From the NCBI GenBank assembly GCA_051362555.1, contig CM120647.1:2232001-2296000 (forward strand): a stretch of DNA of 64,000 bases, written 5' to 3'. This document shows positions 52,911-64,000 of the stretch, piece by piece. The position numbers and the translations under genes were made by a program. The notes beneath the pieces were generated by a model, which worked only from the letters and a program-made list of their open reading frames with translations, searched no databases and was not told the origin of the DNA. Source of the DNA: Lingula anatina. Lineage: Eukaryota > Animalia > Brachiopoda. Each line of letters starts with the position of its first letter. Positions within the stretch are counted from its first letter, which is position 1.

Positions 52911-54353
52911 TATAAAAAAAACAAACAGATAAATAAATATTAATAAAGTGAACACATTCAATAATAAAGATAAATGCTACACTACTTTTGAAATTACCCA
53001 CGTGTCCACACCCAAATTTTACTAAAACTTGTAAACTACAATATACATACCCCAAACCAAAATTTAACTCCATATAAATTTAATAGTGATAATGACAGTT
53101 TTATAAAGTACAAGTAAATGAAACTTACAATTTTATGTCCTCTTTTGTATGACTACATTTTTGCTTCTTAGGTGTCTGCATAAAAATGAACTGCTAGCTT
53201 CTAAGGTGTCTGTGTAAATGAACTGCTCACTCTAGGTGGCATTGTCTATTATTCAATAGGGGTGTGTGGACTAAACTAAACTGAAGGGGTGGTAGGTTAT
53301 GTCCTTTACACCGGCCCCTTAAATGTGAGATTATAAAACAAACATTTACCTAATATACTATTAAAGGACAGAACTGAACTCTGTATGTATGAAGTACATT
53401 TTAAAACATAAACATATCAGTTATATGGTACATCTTAAATTAACTATACTCCTTAAATGTCAATCTTAAACTAAGTAACACAGTGCCCACTCTTTAATTA
53501 ATATATGTCACTTTATCCAATGTCCTTCATGGTAACCTCCATGAATTATTGTCCTCATTGATCACTTTCCATGTCTTAAATGTCCTCCATGAATATCCTT
53601 TCCATGAATAAAATCGAATGTTATAACAGTTTCTGACTTTAACATTAACTGTCTCTGACTTAAACATAATATAAACTTATTCATGAAATTGTGCCTTTCT
53701 CACTAGGTGCAATGTGAGCTCAGTGGCCTACACAGCAACCACATTTTCAACTTGACTGTTCTCAGGAACCAAAAGACCATTCTCAGTCATATTGGGCAGA
53801 GCAGTTGGCAGTGTATGAAGGTTTTAATATTTGGTGTCAGAAGGTAAGAACAGGGGGGGTGGTGGTTTGTGTGAAGGGCAGAAACCACTAAATCAGCCTA
53901 TCAGCGCCTGTTATAGACAAATGTAGTTCAGTGAGAGAAAAATAGTGCTTTTTTTTTCAGTTTTTCCTGCCATTTCTTGTGTGTTGCTAGGGTTAATTTT
54001 GGTGTCAACTAGCAGGCTAGCATATAAACTACTGCCAGTTTTTTTTTTTTTTTTTTTTTTTTTTTCCAGGACCAGGCACAGTTGTGGTGCAGTCGTGAGA
54101 CCTCTGGTGGAGGGAGCTACTGACTGTGAGTGGTGCAGTGGTTTGTTTACAAACAGAGGGGTGCACATGTTCAAGTAATGCTGGTAAGAAAGTTTACTTG
54201 ATAACAGTTTATTTTTGTGCCATTGGGAGTTATGTCAGTGTGTCTGCTGTCCATGGGGATGTGAAATGTTTCACCCATTTATGTTGTTCATGCAGTTTTG
54301 CAGGCATTTCTTAGTATGGCTGTCAATGGGAAATTATTTGGTGGATTCTGCCC

Positions 54354-54860
54354 TGAACATTGTGACATCAACAATATTGGTTGTATTATGGGAAGACATT
54401 GAACATTGTGACATCAACAATTGCTGTTGTATTATGGGAAGACATTGAACATTGTGACATCAACAATTGCTGTTGTATAATAGGATGACATTGAACATTG
54501 TGACATCAACAATATTGGTTGTATTATGGGAAGACATTGAACATTATGACATCAACAATTGCTGTTGTATTATGGGAAGACATTGAACATTGTGACATCA
54601 ACAATTGCTGTTGTATTATTGTAAGACATTGAACATTGTGACATCAACAATTGCTGTTGTATTATGGGAAGACATTGACTATTGTGACATCAACAGTTGT
54701 TGTTGTATTATGGGAAGACTTTGAACATTGTGACATCAACAATTGCTGTTGTATTATGGAAAGACATTGGACATTGTGACATCAACAATTGCTGTTGTAT
54801 TATGGGAAGACATTGAACATTGTGACATCAACAATTACTGTTGTACATGTATTATGGGAA
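54354..54860 (+). repeat. Continuation of the 46-bp satellite right of the transposon (~11 more diverged units)
   Basis: Resumes in register (tgaa|cattgtgacatc). Confidence 0.95.
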
Positions 54861-55069
54861 GCAGTAGGCAAATACAAAATTGCATAATGTCTCTGTAAGA
54901 CTGATAACTTCTCACTGTCAGCTAAACATTTTTAAATGTTAGTGTATAGAAATGAGGTCTTTCCGAAAAATTGTGAAATAGTTATTCCATTTATTGATTG
55001 AGGCAGTTGATAAAAATTTATATAAATAAATTGTTGAATAATTTTCCCAAATTTATTAAATTTTTTTCC

Positions 55070-55123
<54 letters not shown>

Positions 55124-55174
55124 TTATTTAAATGAAAACAATGATTAATTCAAGAATTGGTATAAAATCTGTAG

Positions 55175-55274
55175 GTATCATTGTGTGGATATAAAGAAGG
55201 GCTGTGTGATGATCTACTTTAGCACAGAGTTCAAAGACCTAGATGATGTCAACACTGGAAAGGTGTTTATGCAG
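55175..55274 (+). pseudogene. ARPC2: Isolated, diverged ARPC2 (Arp2/3 p34)-like exon
   Basis: ctgtag|G-YHCVDIKKGCVMIYFSTEFKDLDDVNTGKVFMQ|gtgagt versus ARPC2 [31 protein letters not shown] (recalled); no other ARPC2 exons recognised. Confidence 0.75.
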
Positions 55275-56251
55275 GTGAGTCATGAGTTTGTAAAAACAAT
55301 ATGCACTGCCTGTTGTTTTATCACTATGAAACTAGCTTAGAAGAAATCCTGCTTTAAAATGGCAATTCCATTGCACAGCCTTTAAATTGTCTTCAGGTAT
55401 AGAAAAAGATCCAAAGAATGGCTTAACTTTCGAGTTATTACCATAATTTCTAAATGATATACATTATTTCACTAGATGTCTGTCATGCCTACTGAACCTG
55501 CTAGGGGGTAATTAATTATCATTTAGCAGGTTCAGTAGGTGTGTCAGACATTTAAGCAACTTAAGCTGAAAGCAATGAGCGAGAAACCCTTTGGAGATGA
55601 ATCGATCCTGTTAGATTGATCTAAGTATGGGAACCCAGTCTTAATATTTGCTATGTCTAAAGGTTGATGTACTAATAGATAATATTTTCTCCTATTACAT
55701 GAATTAATATTATATGAATCAATATTATATAACCTATTTGGGTTTTATGTAAATATGATGATGGTTTACTCATACTGCCAATGTTAATGAATAGTTGTGT
55801 TCAGTTGATAGATTAAAAGGGTACAGACACAGTAGTATTGATGACTGGCCAGAAAATTAAACCAAACCAAACCAAAAGATTTGGAACAATGAAAAAACAA
55901 ATTTTACTTCTATTATAGACAGACCATACCTGTTGAGGTGAAAGTATCTGATTTTTTCAAAGAATTTTACAATTCATGTGTCACTACTCTTGCCTACGGA
56001 TGCCATTGAATCTGCTTCATACCATGTAGAATATATTTTAATGTGTGTTTATATATACTGTATTTGTGTGTATATATTCTGATCTCATTCTCACAGACAC
56101 CATTGGTCAACTTGGAGTGATCCAACTCTGTGCCTAGACTCTCGCAAAGTGCAATTAGCTTAACTGAGTGAAGCGCCTCTGCAGGCATTGAATAGAATAC
56201 AAAATAGCTGCTGATTATGCAAGCAGTATATGTTGGAAACAAGAGGAGGCA

Positions 56252-56417
56252 CAGGGGCGTAACCAGGCATACGCATGGATGCACTGTGCGTACAATTTTT
56301 TGAGCCAACCATGATATTATTCTCCATAAATTCAGTGTATTTTTCACGGAATATAATCGTACCTGGGAATTTTCAAAATCTGTGCGTACAATTTAAAATG
56401 GTCTGGTTACGCCCCTG
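56252..56417. mobile_element. MITE (CAGGGGCGTAACCAG TIRs) with flanking GAGGCA duplication
   Basis: caggggcgtaaccag ... ctggttacgcccctg. Confidence 0.85.
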
Positions 56418-57074
56418 GAGGCATGTCATTCACTTAAGCTGTTTGCACTCAGCAAGAGTCCCTGCAAATCTACAATCAATGTCAGATTTGTTTTTTAGTT
56501 GATTTTTCATTTCAGAATTTTGGCACATTTCTTGTGGAAGTAGTGAGCAAGGACCAGAAATAGTGGGTGGTTACTAAGCCTCTGGACGCCATCGTTGACC
56601 ATCTGGACCTTTTGTCATGGAGATCAGGGTAACGGACATACTCCAGACCATATGGTACCACAGCTGACAGCTGAGGTAAAACTGCTCGCTGTGGTTTTAT
56701 TTATTTATTTATTTATTTATTTATCAAAATAACTTAAGAACTATATCAGCTGCAAATCCATCATCTGCATAGTGAACAATATAAAAAAGTGTCATGTTTT
56801 GCTTACTAAAATGATTCCTGCAGTTGGGTATTTAACATATTCTTGAATATCTTTATTTCAAGACATATTGATCAATTAAAGCAATGGATATCTTCTGAAA
56901 GAATATTGTGAAATTTTTCCAGATTCATCAACAGAAAAGCAGCCTGGGAGCCCACCTTCCTATCAGTATGACAGCAAGGACAAATCTGGTTCAGTTCATC
57001 AAATACAAGTCTTGACCAGTAGATTAACTTAGATATCTGGCACACCTACTGAACTTTACGTCAGTCGAAATCAA

Positions 57075-57310
57075 GTAAAGTCCAATGTGTTTAATTCTTA
57101 AAAATAAAAGATAATATACATATTGTAAACTTTGATGTTGTGAAAAACTTGTGGAAACAACTCACAAACTGGATTAGGGAAGAAAAGGAAGCCAATGTTC
57201 AGATTTACGCATCAGATATTATTTTCAGAAATGATGATAAAAAAAATCTACTAATTTCTCAGGTAAAATAATACATTTACAGAAAATCACAAAATGGAGG
57301 GCATCCATAA
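57075..57310 (+). mobile_element. Non-LTR retrotransposon (L1/Tx1-like) ORF2 C-terminal remnant
   Basis: CPMC..H..VVKNLWKQLTNWI...DIIF...NLLISQVK*YIYR pattern. Confidence 0.6.
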
Positions 57311-60193
57311 TCCAGGGACATCAAATTTTTTCTGAACTAAAAAATAATGCTTTATATGTATTTATTTCATACAGTAGTTACATATAGCTGGCATGTATGT
57401 ATGCATATGTTTTTGAGAAATGTATATGTGAGAAGTGATTTGTATTGTACTCCACATTTTATTGCTTATTTTTTAAGTCTAATTAAAGAAAATATACATT
57501 CTATTTCGAGATATACATCTTTAATAATCCTTACATAGAATACATTGATCATATGTTACTGAACATGTCAAACTATTGGCTCTAAGTCAGTAATTATAAA
57601 CTCATCACAGGCATCCGTAAGTAGCAGGAGAACAAGATGTGTAATTTAAATGCATCTGCAGATTGTTACTTTTCATAAAATTTGTATTTGCAACTTATTC
57701 GAAATAAACAAAATGTTTGCACACACTTGCAGAAAAGTGCACGACTACCAGGGTGGTATTATTGGGGAGTGGGTTGAGGGGGGTACAGAGTTCAAGGCCC
57801 ATCTCGCCATGCCTATAGCTTAGGTGTACGTCTCTGTGGTTTAGGGGTACAGTGGTCGCCTGATTCGCGGATTAGATTCCCGACACATTTGGAAAACATG
57901 AGACAGTTCTGTCTACTATTTTTTACATCATCTACTTTCCAGGAAAGAAATTTGAAGCTTACGGCAGCTGTGGACAATATGTCTACCAATAAATTACTGA
58001 GAGCTCTAACAGTAGAGCCGTTCAATGGATTTTGTTTTGGTCATTTCCTAAAAGTCCAGCTTAGGGTGTTTTATGTTTATCTTGTTTTTTTTTTCCTATC
58101 TAATGAAATAAGATAAAAATTAATTCAGCCAATATATAATGGAAATATAAATATCGGAATGTTTTTCATTTTAGACAAAAAATAATAATAAAGGACTGAA
58201 TATTATAATAATTATTAGCTAGGCTTAAAAGTGGAATTAATATTAGATACTTGGAGAGGAAAAGTGAATAAAATGTAAGGGGTTTATTGTGAATTTGAAC
58301 ACACACACAAACCCATTCATCAAATTCTCTTTATTTCTCACCAACGATATTAAACTTCTGATTTTAAGGGGAGTTCAAATTCACAATATTAAAATGAAAA
58401 CAAGTATTTTGTATTCATTTTCCATATATCTGATCTACGGTGTACAGTAGAAATGGGTGATGTAAAGAATTCTAATTTGGAAAAGTGAATAAAATGTAAG
58501 TAAATAGAATGCTTTTTACTTTATATTCCGTAGTCCAATTTTCTATATTTTTTCTTTCCAACTGAAAAGGCTACAAATAAATTACGTTCAGAACGTTGTC
58601 TGTACCCAGTTCTGTGAAGGGTGACCTCGTACTACTGGCATTCAAAACACACGTGAGCGCCAAAGAAACAGAAATGAAAGGGTACACAATAAAAAAACGT
58701 GTTCTGGGAAGGGAAGAGAAATGTGGGTGGGGGTCGATACTACAGTCTACACATCAGGACTTGACTCTTCAGTGATGGCAGTGGGTCAATCTTGACTGGA
58801 ATACATGATTCTAGGACCCCACCCCCCTCCCCGGATAATTCCTCCTGGGTAACCCCCCCTTCCCCAAGACGATCCCCACCAAGGCAATCCCCCCGAACGA
58901 TTCCTCCAAGACACCCCGCCTTCCCAGAAAATAAAACACTCTGGTTTTGAATTATCTGTATTATACATGTATCCCATTTTATACACATCTTGAATGTTCA
59001 ACTGACTATAAGAAAAGAGAGAAAATGAAATAAAAACAAATGTATTGGCTATAATTATAAATTACAAGAATCAGGAAGTCCGCTTACGCTTATAAACAGG
59101 CCTGAGAGGCATCCTTATTAACAATTATTTAAGTAAATTTGGTCATTTGCCATTACATGTCATTTTTAATCAAACTAATACTGTCATTTTCTCTATTTTT
59201 TCCTGAAAGCAAACAAACATTTTATCTGCATTTCATTTGATGTTAGTGAGGTTTCTGTAGACAGGTTAAGCAAATAATAATGAAATAATATATACATATA
59301 TATATATAATAATATAATAATGAAATACTAATAATAATAAAAAGAAGATAAGTTTCGAAGCTTATTTATTTCTGTCTGGGGCAGTGGTAAATAAATGAAA
59401 ACTTCAAAATTTCATCAAAGAGATACCTGAACGAGTATGATTATCTGTTTACCCACCTCTGCCTGGGGACAGAGTTTTATGAAAAGCTGGCATTTATCAA
59501 TTTTCTCAATATCACATTTTCATTCTCATTATTATGTTCATTACAGGGGGGGGGGGGGGGGGTCCGGGGGTGTCATGATACCCAGATGGATGTTTGAGCT
59601 CTATTATTATCAGATGACCAAGATGAATAAGAACATTTGAAGATTTTTTTCAAATATTATGTCCACGAAATTGCTCTTGGGAGATAAGGATTAAGAAATT
59701 TAAGTTGACTTATTAGCTGTATTATTTATGGTAGCAGTTTCGATAAAATTTTGTTCGGGACTTCCAGGCCTTATGAACGGATTAGGCGTTTACTGACACT
59801 AGCCGCAGATATTTCAGCACTAACGCTCATATTAATCACAAAACCCAAGAATTAACCAACACACCACACGTTTATTTAGCACCAACAAAACGATACCTAG
59901 CACTAACATTCATCCGCTCTGGTAGTACTTCAAGACTAAGGACTCCTCAGGTAAACATTTAGCATCGTGGATCACCTCATACCCCATTACCCCAGTCAGT
60001 ATAAGGTAAAAACAACCCACCCGCACTTGACATATATCACTTCAATAAATTCTGATGAGATGTTGTCACGGTTATGTTGTTGATACACCTTTAAAATATC
60101 AATACATTCGTAACGTGAGACATAACCTTGTTCGCACCGAGAGGTACATTTTAAAATTTAAAACTGGAATTCTTCACTTTGTGAGGTTGTATA

Positions 60194-60291
60194 CCCAGCA
60201 GACAAACGACATTGATTCACCGTTGAATCAACGTTAATTTTGGTGGATCAACGGTGAATCAACGTAGAATCAATGTCGTTTGCCTGCTGGG
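60194..60291. mobile_element. Palindromic MITE (CCCAGCAG termini, ATA TSD), EnSpm/CACTA-like
   Basis: cccagcagacaaacgacattgattc ... gaatcaatgtcgtttgcctgctggg; ata on both sides. Confidence 0.85.
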
Positions 60292-60296
60292 ATAAC

Positions 60297-60457
60297 GTGG
60301 GCGTCAGGTTCATTGGTCCGAAGGTTCATTGGTCCGAAAAGTGGTAACATTATATCGATTTTTTAAAGAAGGGTTCATTGGTCCGAAGGTTCTATAGCGA
60401 ACATTCGGACCAATGAACCTTCGGACTATTGAACCTTCGGACTATCGCTACGGCCCC
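60297..60457. mobile_element. MITE with internal ggttcattggtccgaa repeats and an 8-bp TSD (GGGATAAC) overlapping the end of the preceding MITE
   Basis: Short repeats forward then inverted; gggataac at 60289-96 and 60458-65. Confidence 0.75.
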
Positions 60458-60689
60458 GGGATAACACGTAAATACTCTGCAGAGGCTTTTACTACCTTTC
60501 GCAAGTTCTTCGGGTGGCGTTTTATTATTTTTGTTTTCAAAGTTTCTCGCTGGACAACACAAAAACTGTTAAGAATTGACCAGAAAAAATATTTGTGTCA
60601 CTTTAATGAATAATTCTCTGTGTGGCCCTGGTAGAGGTTACTAGTGTCCTTTCAACATTACAAGCGAGATTCCAGCTGATTCTGATGCC

Positions 60690-60747
60690 GTCTCAACCAT
60701 GATTGTGACGGATAGCACAGATATCACCCCATTGTGTTAGTGAAGAC
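60690..60747 (+). other. Dispersed 57-58 bp motif, copy C
   Basis: gtctcaaccatgattgtgacg...attgtgttagtgaagac. Confidence 0.85.
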
Positions 60748-62017
60748 ATAACGTGAGACTGGAGGGGAGGGAGATAGCATGTACGTGTATTGCAATGATT
60801 GGAGTGTTTGAAGGGGAATGTGGTGGGGTGGGGGGGGGGAGGATAACGGGGATGGATGTAGGAGAGAGGAAGGGAGACACAGAAAGATCAGTTCGTTACA
60901 ACAGTCGTACTAACTCACGGGGAACAATATTTTTAGGTTGTCCCTGACAGCATCTAAGAGACTTCTGGAAACTCACCTTAGCATACCTGTGGCAGTGTAA
61001 GTAAGTAGTAGTAGCAGTGCATGTAGTAGTAGGCCTACAAGATGAAGTTGTCCACTGTGGTAGTAATAGTAGTAGTATTTAATGTGGAAGTATAGAAGGC
61101 AATGTAAGTGCTGGCATAGGCTGTATATGTATACAAGTAATACTCACTGCACGTGGCTGTGATGACAATACAATTAGATCTAGAAAACCCAATCCATTGA
61201 GCAATGAGCGGATCTCGTTTAATTACCCGTAGAAAGGACCGACCCCCTCCCCTTCCACCCCCCCCCCCCCCCCAACACACGCACAAACAGTTTTTGATGA
61301 TAATGATAAAAATATAAGACCGAAATTTCTCTCAGGTGCGCCCCCAAACTTTCAAAACCTGTACGCATCATTCCCGAACAAATATATTAAAAATTTACCA
61401 CATATCCAATCCTAGGTTTCATTTGTCGTATACGATGTCCTATGGTGTCCATGTATTGCCCATATGCCCCTACTCGTGGGACGTCCGTCACTTAACTTCA
61501 AAGTCATGTGGGAAAAATAGTACGTCATCCGTTACTTAACCTCAAATTCATGTGGGACAAATGGTACCTATACTAGTCCATAGTCACTTTTACTATGCAC
61601 AAAATACGGCAAATTGATTCGATTTCATCGTACGGCGTCTGTGAAAAAAGTAGCCAAAGCTTTAGCAGAACGCTGATAATAATAATACCCCCAATGGCGA
61701 TATCCGACATTAGTTCTAGATATTTGTGTGTAATTTAATATTGTCCATCAAAATGCTCCTGCTTTATAAGCAATTATTATGAATTTGGTTTTCGATTTTA
61801 TTAATGTCTCGACTAAATCTACTTGATGTGAAAATTAATCGCTGACAGTTTATGTAGTTCACTCTCTTTCTCGCACGCGTTTTTATCCCCTTAATCTTTC
61901 TTGCTAACCCAAAATAAGTTTTCTGTCACTGTGAAGACATTTCAAATGAGCAATCTCAGTTAATACGGGAAATGAGCCACAGGCAGGTATTGTGCTGTGG
62001 ACATTTCTTTGCTTTTA

Positions 62018-62259
62018 CAGTAGGGGAGACAGGGGCTAGTTGGACCCCGGGGTAAGTTGCCCCCCATCAATTTATAACAAAGTAACTATGGGGTAAAAGA
62101 ATTGATCACATCATTTTGTAAAGCGACCTTATCCAATAGCGCTAAGAAAGCGTCGGCAGTGAGTCCAAATGAAATAATTTAGTATCTATAATTTATTAAA
62201 TAGACTTGATGAGGGGGCCAACTTATCACGGGGTCCATCCAACCCCGTCTCCCCTACAG
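62018..62259. mobile_element. MITE (gtaggggagac TIRs)
   Basis: gtaggggagacagggg ... ccccgtctcccctac. Confidence 0.75.
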
Positions 62260-62370
62260 AGATTAGCCATCTATTTAACCAGCGAAGCATATTTGAATAT
62301 ATAGTGAAAAAATCGATCTATGGCCCTGGTAGAGGGTAGCCAGAATCTGCGGTGTGTTGATTTTGATGCT

Positions 62371-62428
62371 GTCTCAACCATGATTGTGACGGACTCCACA
62401 AATATCAGCCAATTGTGTTAGTGAAGAC
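62371..62428 (+). other. Dispersed 57-58 bp motif, copy D
   Basis: gtctcaaccatgattgtgacg...attgtgttagtgaagac. Confidence 0.85.
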
Positions 62429-63611
62429 ATAACGCGAGACGGGGAGGGGGATGAAATGTTTATAAAGAAATGACCTAATAAGTCATTGGAAATGACAACA
62501 TGCTATTTTAGTTTAAAATAGATGTCGACGAGCCTTTAAGCAGAGAAAGTTGGATTAAAAGGAAAGATGTTGAAATAAAACGGCGCAAAAATGATGGGGG
62601 GAGGGTATGATGATAGTATAAAAGGTTTGGGAGAGTCGGGGAAATTGAGTTTTGAGAGCGTTTGGGTGTTTACTGATGTCCTTTAACTTTAACACACCAG
62701 GTTATACAAACTTTTGCAACTTTTGTCTTTAAAGAAAATATGTACAGATTATCTTTTTTTATATAACTACCGTATGTTTCAGCTATAGTAATTCATAAAA
62801 ATGTACTTTAAGGATGACTTTTGAGAAAGAGCGCCATTACTAAAATCGCAGCACTGGAAAATTAACTGGCAAAGCGTCAGCACTACGAAAGGAACTAAAA
62901 TAGGTTAAAAATTGAACATAAAGTGCCGACAGAATTTACGTGGAGTCCAAGTTTGCAAATTTTGAACTACACAAACTGTCAGCGATTAATTTTCACATCA
63001 AGTATGTTCGCCGACTTGCACGAAATATTGCACATTTCCATTTATGCACTGGGACCTATTTGCGTGACAATCCAGAACATATACATAGGAAAACATAAAA
63101 CAGAAGTGCTAATGAATGAGCCGAATTGCCGAACTATCCACATTGCCAATGAGCTAAAATAGTACAGATTGCGGGTTGAAGGACAGAATGATAATTTTAT
63201 TTTATTTTTTAAATTAAAAATGAATTCGTTACGAGGTGAGATATTCGAGACTTCACAAAGAAATCTAAACAATATTTCAAAAATGTTCCAGTAATATAAA
63301 AAGTTAGGCTAACTTTTGAGGTGAGTGTCACCTCTACCTGAGGTGTGCAATAAGCCACACAACGGAGACTGAAATATTGGAGCGCAAAAATTGACTTGTT
63401 TTAATTATTGATTAAAACAGGCTGTTAGTATGACTAAGTTGTAAAACAACCGGAATAATTCTTGAAACATTGAAAGACTTGAATTGAAATATAATAAATT
63501 TCTTAATTGCCGATTTAGTTTTTCTATTTAATTTTGTATACTCAAAGTATTTTAGCAAACTGCTTACAATTCATTTATAACCGAGGCGTTTCTTTCCAAA
63601 GCATAAAAAAT

Positions 63612-63653
<42 letters not shown>

Positions 63654-63801
63654 CGTGAGTGTGTCGGGTGGGGGCGTAGGTCGTGCACGGGAATCTCCCT
63701 CTCTGGCAATTGTCAATATTGACAGGTACGTAATGGTCCGGGAGAATAGAGGAAGTTGAGTTACAACAGGGTTAATGCTACAGTATTTGACTTCAGAGTC
63801 T

Positions 63802-63858
63802 ATCTCAACATGATTGTGACGGTGTCCATGAATTTCATCATATTGTGCTAGTGAAGAC
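63802..63858 (+). other. Dispersed 57-58 bp motif, copy E
   Basis: atctcaacatgattgtgacg...attgtgctagtgaagac. Confidence 0.85.
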
Positions 63859-64000
63859 AGCGATAAAGCACAGAGGGCGCTGATATGATAATTATCATAA
63901 TTATTTTTTTAAATACTAGAAACTTTTTGCACTGAATACACTAACTTCAATACTGCCCAAATTTCTTGAATCTCATTGATATGAAAAAAGAGTACCATGT

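Larger units (their letters stand above)
50783..54353. mobile_element. KolobokP-type DNA transposon with long terminal direct repeats (50783-51213 and 53876-54353), decayed
   Basis: Each direct repeat is bounded by gggcagaa...ttctg(c/t)cc; TGAA flanks all four boundaries; internal His-Me finger nuclease (+) and Kolobok transposase remnants (-). Confidence 0.88.
37880..57715 (+). other. Probable spliced non-coding or mosaic pseudogene transcript
   Basis: CpG-rich start with aaaatggcg (37882); exon-like blocks with canonical splice sites at 38110-38139, 38862-38946, 55175-55274, 56516-56675 and 56923 onward; AATAAA near 57703; no long joined ORF. Confidence 0.4.

Noticed and set aside
50783-54353. 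LTR retrotransposon interpretation of the long direct repeats
   Set aside because: No TG...CA ends, PBS, PPT, gag or RT; the repeats carry TIRs and flank a DDE transposase remnant.
56590-56675. GHTPDHMV resembling a metallo-beta-lactamase motif
   Set aside because: The frame is closed upstream and no other MBL motifs are present.
60020-60090. Possible further motif copies here (minus strand) and at ~4580-4612 and ~2715-2745 (cagaattgat)
   Set aside because: Only partial matches with different spacing; cannot be distinguished from chance without a profile search.
62371-62428. Box C/D snoRNA, SECIS or V(D)J RSS reading of the dispersed motif
   Set aside because: ATGATTG and GTGA/GAGA deviate from boxes C and D; no SECIS geometry; the CACAAT heptamer-like words lack a nonamer at 12/23 spacing.

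Overview
AT-rich, intron-rich animal genomic DNA; the repeat repertoire suggests an invertebrate such as a mollusc (inference). One intact gene can be assembled by hand: a minus-strand CRAL-TRIO (alpha-tocopherol transfer protein-like) gene with 7 coding exons (28880 to 11156, 924 nt, 307 aa). Its introns hold a Kolobok-type MITE, a decayed Crypton tyrosine-recombinase element, a 35/39-bp satellite, a compound (CA)n array and a Helentron-associated (HINE-like) repeat. The right half holds a 5.3-kb TIR element, a probable spliced non-coding or mosaic plus-strand transcript that includes a lone ARPC2-like exon, and a 46/49-bp satellite. That satellite is split by a KolobokP-type transposon with long terminal direct repeats, TGAA junctions, a His-Me finger nuclease and an opposite-strand transposase. 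The feature I cannot explain is a 57-58 bp fixed-spacing motif present in at least 6 dispersed copies. Most ORFs in the supplied track are spurious. All family assignments come from motif recognition, not database searches.
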